Positions 28,457 to 38,078 of a stretch of 64,000 nucleotides of DNA are shown in pieces. The notes beneath the pieces were generated by a model. That model worked only from the letters and a program-made list of their open reading frames with translations, was not told where the DNA came from and made no database searches. The DNA is taken from the sequence record NC_014636.1; one strand, written 5' to 3'. A program made the translations under genes and the position numbers. How positions within the stretch are numbered: the first letter of the stretch is position 1; each line of letters starts with the position of its first letter.

Positions 28457-29968
28457 ATGCATGTTAATGTAAAATTCAGAGACCACAGCAACGCCTTTAT
28501 TGACTGCGATAACTCAATTTTTATGGAACTTCGCAGTTATTTCACCTTCGATGTTGACGGCGCACGGTTTAATCCCAAGTTCAAATACGGTACATGGGAT
28601 GGTAAAATCCGACTGCTATCAAATGAAGGTATGCTGCCTATTGGTCTAGTCGATACCCTGGTACGGTATTGCAAAGATAATGATCTTGTCTGTAATGTTG
28701 ACCCAGAATTCAAGCCAAGTCAAGAAATGACTCGCGAAGAATTTGATAAATGGATCGATGAACTGGAAATTTATTCCGGTCAAAACAAAATCAAGCCTCA
28801 CTGGTATCAAGCTGATAGCGTATTCAACGCAATCAACAAAAACCGAATGATCGCTAACTTGCCAACTTCTGCTGGTAAGTCTCTAATCGCTTGTTTGCTT
28901 ACCCGCTGGTATCTCGAACGATACGAAGGCAAAGTCCTCGTGTTGGTACCAACCACCGCTCTGGTAGAGCAGATGATCGGAGACTTCGACGATTACCGCC
29001 TTATCCCGCGCAATGCTTGTTTGGGAGTCATGGCAGGTACACGCAAGAACGGTAGTGAGCCAATCGTTGTTTCTACATGGCAATCAGCCTGTAAAATGTC
29101 TTCCGACTGGTTCTCTCAGTTCGGGATGATTATAGTTGATGAATGTCATTTGTCAACAGCAAAAGAGCTAACAACGATCATTAAAGGCATGACCAATTGT
29201 CGTTTCAAAATCGGCATGAGTGGTTCACTTCGGGACGGCAAAGCAAACGTTTTGCAATACATCGGTATGTTCGGTGATGTCTTCCGACCTGTTACCACTA
29301 AGCAGTTGATGGACGATGGACAAGTAACCGATCTTGACATTAACGCCGTGTTTCTACGTTATCCAGATCATGAAACGATTCTGCATAAAGGTAAAGCATA
29401 TGCCGACGAAATCAAAGTGATTAATGGACACGCCAAGCGAAATGCTTGGATTTGTAGATTAGCGTTGAAACTTGCACGGGACAGAAACGAAAACGTTTTA
29501 ATCATGTTTAAGCATGTTGCACATGGTAAATGGCTATACGAAGCTCTGAAAAAGAAATATGGCGAGAAGGTGCATTTTGTCAGCGGTGAAACAAAGACTG
29601 ATGACCGCGTTAAGCTGAAAGGCGACGCTGAAAACGAAGATGGATTGATCATCGTCGCTAGTCTCGGTGTGTTCTCCACTGGTATCAGCATTAAGAAATT
29701 GCACCATGTTATCTTCGCTGCACCAACTAAGTCAAAAATCCTCGTGCTCCAATCGATAGGCCGTGTTCTCCGCAAACATCATAGCAAAGACATAGCTACC
29801 CTTTGGGATATCATTGACGACATCTGTGTTAAGCCTAAGAGCTCCAACGCTAAGAAGAAATATGTCCACAAGAACTACGCTTATAATCATGGATTAGAAC
29901 GAATCCAACGATACAGTTCAGAAAACTTTAACTATAAGATTAGAGAGGTAGAACTTGAAAACACTTAA
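28457..29968 (+). CDS. uvsW: UvsW helicase
   Basis: LPTSAGKS, IIVDECH, LQSIGRVLR; CTAAATA at 28423. Confidence 0.97.
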   Translation: MHVNVKFRDHSNAFIDCDNSIFMELRSYFTFDVDGARFNPKFKYGTWDGKIRLLSNEGMLPIGLVDTLVRYCKDNDLVCNVDPEFKPSQEMTREEFDKWIDELEIYSGQNKIKPHWYQADSVFNAINKNRMIANLPTSAGKSLIACLLTRWYLERYEGKVLVLVPTTALVEQMIGDFDDYRLIPRNACLGVMAGTRKNGSEPIVVSTWQSACKMSSDWFSQFGMIIVDECHLSTAKELTTIIKGMTNCRFKIGMSGSLRDGKANVLQYIGMFGDVFRPVTTKQLMDDGQVTDLDINAVFLRYPDHETILHKGKAYADEIKVINGHAKRNAWICRLALKLARDRNENVLIMFKHVAHGKWLYEALKKKYGEKVHFVSGETKTDDRVKLKGDAENEDGLIIVASLGVFSTGISIKKLHHVIFAAPTKSKILVLQSIGRVLRKHHSKDIATLWDIIDDICVKPKSSNAKKKYVHKNYAYNHGLERIQRYSSENFNYKIREVELENT

Positions 29969-30212
29969 TCAATTCCTGTGTGAAGCAGAGGAGAAAGCCC
30001 GCGTAGCAATCGAGGGCTTTCTCGATAAGATTTACAACTGCAAAACTGTTGACGGTGTGAGCGAACTGGAGAAATTCTACAGTAAGCGCAAAACCGAGGT
30101 AAACATCAGCGATTCGGAAGATATTCAAATTCGCGACGCACTGAGCGGACGAAAGAAAGAGATCGAAGCGCAAGAAAGTGCCGATGCAGAAGGCAAAAAA
30201 GTTGACCTATGA
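29955..30212 (+). CDS. uvsW.1: UvsW.1
   Basis: FLDKIYNCKTVDGVSELEKFY..DIQIRDALSGRK; directly follows uvsW. Confidence 0.85.
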   Translation: MKTLNQFLCEAEEKARVAIEGFLDKIYNCKTVDGVSELEKFYSKRKTEVNISDSEDIQIRDALSGRKKEIEAQESADAEGKKVDL

Positions 30213-30237
30213 AAAAGGGAGCCGATGGCTCCCTTTT

Positions 30238-30552
30238 TTATTTCCGGAATCTTGCAGAACCATGAAGGTTAAGAACACTATCCTTTTTATCGTACACTGT
30301 AACGAGTTGATCGCCTTCGCGCACAAGATAGATAACCCGGTCGCTTACGTAGAAATCAACTGGGTTATATCCATGACGTTCGTAAATGAAAGTCATGAAA
30401 CGGGTATTGTTCTTGATACTCGACTCAAGTTTGCTTTTGTAGAAATCGCGAGAAATCGCAGAAGCAACCGATTGACCTTCGACAAGCATGTCGGGGAAAC
30501 GCTCTTTAAAGCGGGTCAGAACGTGGCGAGTGAAATTAACCTTCATGTTCAT
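30238..30552 (-). CDS. Hypothetical protein (RelE-like-looking FTRHVLTRFKER motif)
   Basis: FTRHVLTRFKER..YLVREGDQLVTVY. Confidence 0.55.
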   Translation of the reverse strand: MNMKVNFTRHVLTRFKERFPDMLVEGQSVASAISRDFYKSKLESSIKNNTRFMTFIYERHGYNPVDFYVSDRVIYLVREGDQLVTVYDKKDSVLNLHGSARFRK

Positions 30553-30555
30553 AAT

Positions 30556-30966
30556 TTATTCTCCAGCTTCCAGTTTACGACAATCGATGATCGCTCTTAG
30601 TGAGAATCCACGTTGACGAATTGCTTCCATCGCTTGTCTACAGAAATCCGCTTTGGTCTGACACATTTCGACCGCCGCATTAATCTTTATCACTTCGCCA
30701 TCACCGGCGATTACGGTTTTCAACTCAGTGGGACTAAAGACATCCAAACAAACATCTGTCTCACTTCGTCCAGTATAGAACATTAATCGGTCACGTAAAG
30801 TCTTTTTTCTTTCCGCATCATGCTTCATGATTTCCCGATTAATGTCCGCGAGATACCGGTTCCATTTTCCGTATAGAACCGGATTCTCAGACACTTCTGT
30901 TTGAACCGCAGTGAGTTTAATAGGCAGATCTGCCTTTAACTCTTCTTTCAGTTCGTCTAGTGTCAC
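30556..30966 (-). CDS. uvsY: Recombination mediator UvsY
   Basis: ENPVLYGKWNRY, FYTGR, AIRQRGFSLRAIIDCRKLEAG. Confidence 0.93.
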   Translation of the reverse strand: MTLDELKEELKADLPIKLTAVQTEVSENPVLYGKWNRYLADINREIMKHDAERKKTLRDRLMFYTGRSETDVCLDVFSPTELKTVIAGDGEVIKINAAVEMCQTKADFCRQAMEAIRQRGFSLRAIIDCRKLEAGE

Positions 30967-31130
30967 AGCAGCTCGATTTCCTCAACGTCGAACCCACCAG
31001 TGCTTTCGCTAATCTGAGTACGTTCTTCCATATACCGAGCACACACCTCGGCGTGAACAATCTTACCGTCAATCGTCACGGTGCGATCTGACGGAAGAAT
31101 GTGCTGTTTACATACTGCACACTTTTGCAT
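30963..31130 (-). CDS. UvsY.-2-like 55-aa protein (not in ORF track)
   Basis: MQKCAVCKQHIL..GKIVHAEVCARY resembles T4 UvsY.-2 (CxxC..H...C). Confidence 0.7.
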   Translation of the reverse strand: MQKCAVCKQHILPSDRTVTIDGKIVHAEVCARYMEERTQISESTGGFDVEEIELL

Positions 31131-31601
31131 TTAAACTCCCATTTCTTTGCGAACAAGAGCGCCATCAAACATCTTGCCTTGTTCTTGAGCAGCTTTCTTA
31201 CAAGCGCCCATAACTTGACCGATGTTGGCACCACTCATATTTACGATGATATCACGGATATCGGCAGAGTCAAACACTTTTGGCAGATAACCTGTATAAA
31301 GCTGACGTTCAATCAATAGCATCATGAGCTTGCTACAATCTTTGAGCGTTTCCGCAGCTTGTTCAAAACTGGTAATCTTGTGTTCGACATCGACAGTCTT
31401 GATGGTTTCGTCCAGATTCTTGACGAACTTGCGGATTACTTTCAGCACATCTTCATCGGATGCAGTTGCGTTGCCAGCAGGAGAGGCTTCGCCAATCAGA
31501 GTGGTCAACGCGCTGATCTTCATTTTGCCGATATCGGTAGTGCGGTCTGCGGATTTGCGGGCAGCGATTTGATCTTGTTTGATTTGTTCAAGCAGAGACA
31601 T
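31131..31601 (-). CDS. GatB/YqeY-domain protein
   Basis: SLLEQIKQDQIAARK, SDEDVLKVIRK, YLPK, GQVMG, DGALV. Confidence 0.8.
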   Translation of the reverse strand: MSLLEQIKQDQIAARKSADRTTDIGKMKISALTTLIGEASPAGNATASDEDVLKVIRKFVKNLDETIKTVDVEHKITSFEQAAETLKDCSKLMMLLIERQLYTGYLPKVFDSADIRDIIVNMSGANIGQVMGACKKAAQEQGKMFDGALVRKEMGV

Positions 31602-31631
31602 TTTTATTTCCTTATGAGGGGCAGTAGCCCC

Positions 31632-32996
31632 TTAGCAATACATTACCCATTTCTGGGCGCGAGTGCAACCGACATAGCCAAGTTGCGTTTGAATTTCGAA
31701 CTGTGCAAAGTTCATATCACCGGTATAAACACAAACGCCGATGACAGTCGTTCCTTGACTCTTGTGGAAAGTCGATGCACCAAGACTCTTGGTATTAGTG
31801 AACATGTTTTTCACTTCCCAGAAGATTTCCCAGTACCGAGTTGTCGCTTTACCCTTACCCATCGCTTTGTACTGACTAGCAGCATAGGACAGAGCTTCGT
31901 CAAGCTGTACCTGACTGTTGGCGTCCCAGACAACAGAGATTTCTACCTCAGTTTCCGCGTCAACATCATCAGTCAGATCGACCTCGGTACGTTCGACCAT
32001 CATAGTCGCGACTTCGATTTGCACTGGATCTACCATAGGCAAGTTGATGTATCTCGACTCGCGCTTAATCGATCCTGGAATGATCTTAACAGTTTCTCCG
32101 TTGTTAAGCAATGTTTCGGTGAAAGTTTCTCCACCAACGTCAGTTTCACGAATAACCGGCTCTTGCATAACGAGATATTCGCTATCGATGAATGGCTCGG
32201 TAGTCTGATAGACTTGCTTTCGGATCACTCGGTTGAAGCTGTTCACGACTTCATTGGTATAAGCCAGCATTCGATAGTTTAGCAGATCTTCTGGTGTTTT
32301 AACCTTAGATAGATAAACTTTCATCAGATTGGCAATATTCTTGACATCAAGAACACCGGTTCCAGTTTCTTTATCCCAATTCGTCTCGAACCAACCTCCT
32401 TGACGAATCTTAGTAGCTACCTGAATGATTGGATTACCCGCTTGTTGACGAACAATCGTATTCATTTCAGACAGACGGAAACGCTTGTCGGTAAAGAACG
32501 GACTAATTTCACCAGGTGCGTGACGCACGGGCTGGATTTGATGTTTATCCCCGATGCCGATAATCTGACAATAAGGATGCACGGATTTCAGTATGATTTC
32601 AAACAGATCGTTATCTACCATACTTGCTTCATCGACGATTAGATACCGAACTTCGTTCAGATCTTTTTTCGCCTTATCGCTCTTTGACTGTTTGAACTCC
32701 CGAACGTCTTCATATGTATCCGGGTGAATCTTCATGATACTGTGAATCGTGCTTGCGGTATACCCACTCATTTTGCTAAGAACGATCTTAGCTTGGTGAG
32801 TTGGCGCAGACAGGATAACACCACCATTATTCTTTTCGATCAGCTTCTTGATCAAAATCTTAGTCAAGAACGACTTACCGCTGCCAGCAGGACCAGATAT
32901 CGTGATATGCGAACGGTCATTCAATACCGCATCAATCGAACGTTTCTGGCAGTCGGTAAGTATAATTTTTGCTAATAGGCTTTCTGCCTCGCTCAT
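31632..32996 (-). CDS. dda: Dda SF1B helicase
   Basis: GPAGSGKS, APTHQA, IVDEASM, GDKHQIQPV, TFHKSQGTT, YVGCTRA. Confidence 0.93.
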   Translation of the reverse strand: MSEAESLLAKIILTDCQKRSIDAVLNDRSHITISGPAGSGKSFLTKILIKKLIEKNNGGVILSAPTHQAKIVLSKMSGYTASTIHSIMKIHPDTYEDVREFKQSKSDKAKKDLNEVRYLIVDEASMVDNDLFEIILKSVHPYCQIIGIGDKHQIQPVRHAPGEISPFFTDKRFRLSEMNTIVRQQAGNPIIQVATKIRQGGWFETNWDKETGTGVLDVKNIANLMKVYLSKVKTPEDLLNYRMLAYTNEVVNSFNRVIRKQVYQTTEPFIDSEYLVMQEPVIRETDVGGETFTETLLNNGETVKIIPGSIKRESRYINLPMVDPVQIEVATMMVERTEVDLTDDVDAETEVEISVVWDANSQVQLDEALSYAASQYKAMGKGKATTRYWEIFWEVKNMFTNTKSLGASTFHKSQGTTVIGVCVYTGDMNFAQFEIQTQLGYVGCTRAQKWVMYC

Positions 32997-33331
32997 TAAT
33001 ACTCCTCTACGAATTTCTGGACGACATCTGGATCAGTATTCTGAACACAGAAATAAATCTGACCGTTGATGTCGAATGTAAACGGACTAAACTCATTATC
33101 AATATGAGTTACCCAGATATCACCGATATCCAGACCAAACAGTTTTGCTCCATGCTTTCCTTCGAGGGAATCGCGCATCGCGTCAATCAGACTAACGATG
33201 TCCACATCTTCCATTTCGCCGTCTTCGCCAACGAAGGTATAAAGTTTAATCGGGAAATTACCGACTTCTTCTACCAGGGTACCAACGCGACGACGCAGAT
33301 TGTAGGCAATGATTGCTTCGATGTTTTGCAT
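32996..33331 (-). CDS. Hypothetical protein
   Basis: RBS GAGGA; abuts dda. Confidence 0.6.
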   Translation of the reverse strand: MQNIEAIIAYNLRRRVGTLVEEVGNFPIKLYTFVGEDGEMEDVDIVSLIDAMRDSLEGKHGAKLFGLDIGDIWVTHIDNEFSPFTFDINGQIYFCVQNTDPDVVQKFVEEY

Positions 33332-33373
33332 GATAATTCCTCTAAATAGTAAAATAAACAAACGGAGTATTCA

Positions 33374-35317
33374 ATGAGTATAAAAGATATGCTGCTGACT
33401 GAGGCGTCTCCGCTCCCGTATTCGGCAGTCAAAGCAACAGTAACATCATCAACGAATGATATTTGGACATTTACTGTAGCAGGTAAAACTTTAGGTGTCA
33501 AAGCAAATAGTCTCAGAACATCTGGACTCACTGCTTACAGAAAATCTAAACTACCATCAGTATTTCACATGTTCTCTATCGATGCAAGTGGTAAAACATC
33601 GAAGACAGTTAAAATGATTCCGCAGGCACCAAATGTGATTGCAACCGTTGCTGAGATTATAGCAAACGAAACTCACGATAACAAGCTAAATGATGTAGTT
33701 ATTTTCCGTGTTCCTGCTTCTATGGGACGCGCGGAAACCGTTAGCTCACTGATCGCCCGCTACATCAAAAAGTCCGCTGTTCCTTTTGAACAAAAGGGCG
33801 TTGTTAATGTTGGCGAAAAAGGTTTCAACTATGTTTTCATGACTCGCAAAGGCAAGTCTCCTACCGTCGCAGAAGTGTTCGGTATCAAGGACGAAGATGT
33901 CCAAAGCTTGACACTGGATCAAATCGACGCAAACGAAACAGCAGTGGAAGAGATTGTATCGAAGATTGAACCAAAGATCAAGCTTGCTGTGCCGTCTAAG
34001 GTGAAATTCAGCGAAATTGTTGCAAGTGCACCTGCTAACGATAGAGTAATCGATTTCGAGAAGAAAAATCCACCGATCATTAGAACTTTTGATGCAACAA
34101 AGCGTCCAGAATTTAAGATGTCTGAGCTATACGGGCTGTATTATGAACCGGACAATCCCATAATGGGAGCTAAAGACTTGTCGCAAGAATTCAAAGCCAT
34201 GGCTCGTGGTGGTCTAATGGACGCAATTTCATTGAACTCTATGGCAGATGCAACGGAAGCTAGAGAATACGCGCTCAAGATCGTCGAAATGGGGATCACC
34301 ATGGCCGACTTTTTGCGCAAGACTCCAAAATATGAGGAAGTTAAACGATTTGTTGAAGAAGAAGTAACCGGCAACGAGAAAGAAGCGATTAACATCATGG
34401 ACGCCATATTTGTTAGCGGCATCGTTGAGGGAGTTAGCGTTCCTATCACTCGTTCTTATCAGCAATACAAACCCAGTATGTCAACAGCAAACAAAAAAGC
34501 GATTGAGAAATATTGCGGTCAAGGATTTACTGCAATGAATGAGTTTCTAATCGAGGGCGGAACAAGTTCAAGCGTTGCTAATATCATTCAAGAATTAGAT
34601 CTCGCTTTCATGGAAGCTGGAGTTAGAGTTGATCCAAAGCTAACTGTTTATCGTGGTTCTCAATTGAAGTCAGAGGAAGCAAGTTCGGCAGCGAAATCCA
34701 AGCTATTCTACTTTAGATCGTTTGTCAGTACATCATTGAATCCAAAAGTCGGATTTACGTTTGGTGGAAACGATAAAGCAAAAATAGCCAAGATCATGAC
34801 CGCAGCGGATCGAGTTGAATCCCTGGAAGGGAAAACTATGGCACACGAACGTGTTATCGCGGCATTCATGATCAATGGTCTAGATAGTATACCAGTTCTG
34901 ATTCCAGGGGCCCATAGTCCATTTGCGGCTGAGTGTGAGATTATTTTGCCTAGAGGCACAACAATTCGAATCAATGACATGGCAACAGCAAAGGTAAATC
35001 CATTTGATTCGGGTGTATCTCACATCGTATTTGAGTGTTCGGTTGTTCCCCATTCCGAGATCAGTATCAACGAAGTCGTTTATGATGGCGACGAATTTGC
35101 CGAAACAGGAAGACTTGTTGAATTCACCGAATTCTGTCGTTCTTCTAGCATTATGACAGAAGCAAAGAAGAAATCAAGCAAGGAACAAGAAAGAATGGAC
35201 GCTGCGGTAGGATTTATGACTGCGGTTAACAGCGACGCATTCACAAAGCGTTTGACTAAGAAAGAAAAAGAAGAAATAGAGCGCATTGCGGCAAAATATT
35301 GCTCGCGACTGATCTAA
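33374..35317 (+). CDS. alt: Alt-like NAD:protein ADP-ribosyltransferase
   Basis: R-S-E ART motifs: VYRGS, FVSTSLNP, AECEIILPRG; late promoter CTAAATA at 33342; position next to ligase as in T4. Confidence 0.85.
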   Translation: MSIKDMLLTEASPLPYSAVKATVTSSTNDIWTFTVAGKTLGVKANSLRTSGLTAYRKSKLPSVFHMFSIDASGKTSKTVKMIPQAPNVIATVAEIIANETHDNKLNDVVIFRVPASMGRAETVSSLIARYIKKSAVPFEQKGVVNVGEKGFNYVFMTRKGKSPTVAEVFGIKDEDVQSLTLDQIDANETAVEEIVSKIEPKIKLAVPSKVKFSEIVASAPANDRVIDFEKKNPPIIRTFDATKRPEFKMSELYGLYYEPDNPIMGAKDLSQEFKAMARGGLMDAISLNSMADATEAREYALKIVEMGITMADFLRKTPKYEEVKRFVEEEVTGNEKEAINIMDAIFVSGIVEGVSVPITRSYQQYKPSMSTANKKAIEKYCGQGFTAMNEFLIEGGTSSSVANIIQELDLAFMEAGVRVDPKLTVYRGSQLKSEEASSAAKSKLFYFRSFVSTSLNPKVGFTFGGNDKAKIAKIMTAADRVESLEGKTMAHERVIAAFMINGLDSIPVLIPGAHSPFAAECEIILPRGTTIRINDMATAKVNPFDSGVSHIVFECSVVPHSEISINEVVYDGDEFAETGRLVEFTEFCRSSSIMTEAKKKSSKEQERMDAAVGFMTAVNSDAFTKRLTKKEKEEIERIAAKYCSRLI

Positions 35318-35346
35318 AAGGGAGCCCTCGGGCTCCCTTTCTTTTT
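35317..35346. terminator. Bidirectional terminator alt/ligase
   Basis: AAAAGGGAGCCC-TC-GGGCTCCCTTT. Confidence 0.8.
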
Positions 35347-36832
35347 AACCGAAAAACTTCTTGACTGTCTTCTCGTCGAATGCTTCATCAACACGATTCG
35401 CTTCGGTTTTGTCGATGCGCCGCAGTTTGATGATTGGCAGAAAGAAACTGACTTCCGATTTCTTTTTCTTGTTTCGAGTCAGACCGTTACACTCGATTTC
35501 CCAGATAGAACCGATCAGTTCATCTTTAATTGACATCAGATATTCGCGATCAAGTTCGTCCCGTTGACTGAGTGGGATAGGAATCCACTGTTTTGTCTTC
35601 TTGTCCTTGACTTGAGTTGTGTCGGTAAAACCGGAGCCACAGTTACAAGTCACCAAACCATCGGCAGTTCGAATCGTGAATCCACCAACTTTATTCGGAT
35701 CCTTTTCGTGTTCGTACACGGCAATTACCTCGACGTCAACACGAACCTTTTCTTTGAACTTGACCTGATCCTTGCTACGAGTGTTCTTCCACAAGTTGAG
35801 ACCACATTTCAGAATGATCCCTTCGTAACCAAGGTCGCGATAACGACGGTATACCGCTTTGGCTTCGGCCAGAGTCGTTACCTTAGTCTGCTCGATGATC
35901 TCCACTCGGAAGCTATCGCAACGATTCACAAACGCTTCCAGCATTTCCCGACGCTTCTCAAAATAGAAGTCTTTCGGACAATCGCGCTTGCCATAGTAAA
36001 CATCGCGCGGAATAATATCCCAAACTTGATAGACGATACAATCTGCCTCGTCATCCGAGATGGTATTTTTCAGGCTCTTATTTACGATGCCGTTACCTTC
36101 TTCGCGGTCGGATACATCCTCAGACTTTTCGAAGTCGTCGGTATCATCTTCCATCAGCGCAGACAGCCCAGTCGGCTGAACTTTCTTACGATAAACCAGC
36201 TCACCATCGATAACCCAGTTTGACATACCGCTTTCAGCAATTGCCGCTTTCAGCTTGTCCAGTCCAAGATACTCATTACCACTGCGAGAATACATAGTGA
36301 CGGTATCGGAATCGGCGTCGATATCAGTAAAGCAACGCGCACCATCGGCTTTCAGTTCAGCGATTGCATGACCACGCTTGATGATAGCGGCAGACAGAAT
36401 ATCACATTCGGGCTGTGCCAGCATCTGCGGCTGTTTCGGACAGAGGTCGTCCCACACTTTGTTAGCGATAGTTGCACCTATGCCGATTTCGAGGTCACGA
36501 TACATCACACGACGCACAACCTCATAATCCTGAGCGTTGCCCATAGACAGAGTTTTTGCCAGTTCTTCGATTGCAGCGTTACCGGTCAGTGCGCGAGTCA
36601 TCAGATAAGTTTCGATGAACTCGAAAGATTGTACCAAAGTTGTCTTATTGTGGAAGTTAGCCACAATCGGGAAAGTCTTTTTGTTGATACCAAAGTTGAT
36701 TTGCTTGTTGTAAGCAAACTTGAAACAGGTACTCAGACCAGGAAAATCTTTATGATGTTCCACGATGCTTTGTTTCTTGTTCGTTGAATCTTCGGCAGCG
36801 ATTGCTTTCAAAATGTCGAGTGCAATAAGCAT
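35345..36832 (-). CDS. 30: ATP-dependent DNA ligase gp30
   Basis: ELKADGAR, IDGELV, VWDII, GYEGIILK, CGSGFTD. Confidence 0.97.
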   Translation of the reverse strand: MLIALDILKAIAAEDSTNKKQSIVEHHKDFPGLSTCFKFAYNKQINFGINKKTFPIVANFHNKTTLVQSFEFIETYLMTRALTGNAAIEELAKTLSMGNAQDYEVVRRVMYRDLEIGIGATIANKVWDDLCPKQPQMLAQPECDILSAAIIKRGHAIAELKADGARCFTDIDADSDTVTMYSRSGNEYLGLDKLKAAIAESGMSNWVIDGELVYRKKVQPTGLSALMEDDTDDFEKSEDVSDREEGNGIVNKSLKNTISDDEADCIVYQVWDIIPRDVYYGKRDCPKDFYFEKRREMLEAFVNRCDSFRVEIIEQTKVTTLAEAKAVYRRYRDLGYEGIILKCGLNLWKNTRSKDQVKFKEKVRVDVEVIAVYEHEKDPNKVGGFTIRTADGLVTCNCGSGFTDTTQVKDKKTKQWIPIPLSQRDELDREYLMSIKDELIGSIWEIECNGLTRNKKKKSEVSFFLPIIKLRRIDKTEANRVDEAFDEKTVKKFFG

Positions 36833-36850
36833 TTCATTTCCTCTATTGAA

Positions 36851-36887
36851 TGTGGCACCATTATAGCAGGTGCCACAGTCTTGTCAA
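36851..36887 (-). promoter_or_regulatory. Ligase promoter with perfect 9-bp inverted repeat enclosing -10
   Basis: TTGACA-N16-TATAAT; TGTGGCACC (36851-59) and GGTGCCACA (36869-77). Confidence 0.8.
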
Positions 36888-37277
36888 TCAGTGAATCGAT
36901 GGTTTTTGATAAATGATATCACCCGCGCCAGTGCTAACGTCGCCATGAATGTAACCGCCAACATCAACCGCACCAGCGCCAGTTTCTACGTTACCATCAA
37001 CGTTGCCACATATGCTGATATCACCCGAACCAGTCTCGACATCATGGACGTTACCTCGAACGGTAACATTACCAGCTCCAAGGTTCACGAATTCACAGTT
37101 GCCTTGAATCTCGATGTTGATAATCGGCGAGTTGTCAATCTCGACACCATCAACAATGACACGCTTGCCGTCAATCACCAGATCTCTACCGACGATATTC
37201 TTGCCATTAACGACGATGTTACATTGTTGAACTGTCTTTGCTCTTAGTGCTTTAATAGCACGATTCCATAACCCCAT
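36888..37277 (-). CDS. Gly/Val-rich beta-solenoid repeat protein
   Basis: Repeats of V.TG.G(D/A)(I/V). Confidence 0.65.
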   Translation of the reverse strand: MGLWNRAIKALRAKTVQQCNIVVNGKNIVGRDLVIDGKRVIVDGVEIDNSPIINIEIQGNCEFVNLGAGNVTVRGNVHDVETGSGDISICGNVDGNVETGAGAVDVGGYIHGDVSTGAGDIIYQKPSIH

Positions 37278-37278
37278 A

Positions 37279-37689
37279 TTAACCTCTGAATGAATGCGAC
37301 CGAGTAATCAGATCGCAAAGATAGTCGTTTGTCACTGCATTTGAACCGGTATTAAGCTCATATTCAAATCCAGTCTTCTGATATGCTTTGAAAACATCGA
37401 TTCGATTTTCATGTGCTTCATTCGGAACATAAGCAACAGCAGTAATAGCGTTGTTTAATCCCGGCTCACGAAATTCAAACATTTTAGTTTCATCGCAGTT
37501 GTATTCCATCAGACGTTCGAGATCATTATGGTCCCCGCCATTCAATAGCACCAGTGTCTCATGTTCTACTGCCCAACGCAACACTTCTTTTGGAGGCTGT
37601 ATCATCATCCGTGCGATAGCGTGAGCGGCTTGGATGCCAGCTTGTTTATCTCCGAGATAACGATTGATGAAAACATAACACTTCTTCAC
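37279..37689 (-). CDS. Pth2-like peptidyl-tRNA hydrolase family protein
   Basis: YVFINRYL..QAGIQAAHA, W...TLVLL, FREPGLNNAITAVA. Confidence 0.65.
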   Translation of the reverse strand: MKKCYVFINRYLGDKQAGIQAAHAIARMMIQPPKEVLRWAVEHETLVLLNGGDHNDLERLMEYNCDETKMFEFREPGLNNAITAVAYVPNEAHENRIDVFKAYQKTGFEYELNTGSNAVTNDYLCDLITRSHSFRG

Positions 37690-38078
37690 ACGATTTCTCC
37701 CATATAAGAAACATCGAATTTCGCGAAGAAGTGGAATCCGTTGTTCATGGTGTATTTGACGACGAAATCCTGAGAAGGTAGAACTTCAACGATCTCCCGT
37801 TGAACAGTCATACACTTAACCATTTTGTCACAAGTCCAAGCTGGCATATGCCAACGTTGTGCTTTGTCAACATCTTGGATGTTATATTCATTGCCAAGAT
37901 CTAAACTACCGAACTCTTGTACCCGAGCACCAGCTTTAGTCACGCGAGTGACAATACCGTAACCGTTACCAGAGTGAGCTACCAAATCGCCAATTTCCAA
38001 CTTGTTACCAAATAAGTCAACTTTGGTAGCAGTCAAGCTAACATAACTACCGTTTACTTTCTCTCTCAAAATAGGCAT
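37686..38078 (-). CDS. Hypothetical protein
   Basis: Translationally coupled ORF. Confidence 0.6.
   Translation of the reverse strand: MPILREKVNGSYVSLTATKVDLFGNKLEIGDLVAHSGNGYGIVTRVTKAGARVQEFGSLDLGNEYNIQDVDKAQRWHMPAWTCDKMVKCMTVQREIVEVLPSQDFVVKYTMNNGFHFFAKFDVSYMGEIV

Noticed and set aside
30238-30552. RelE/toxin-antitoxin call for the 104-aa ORF
   Set aside because: Only a short H..R motif resembles the fold and no antitoxin partner is evident; too weak to claim
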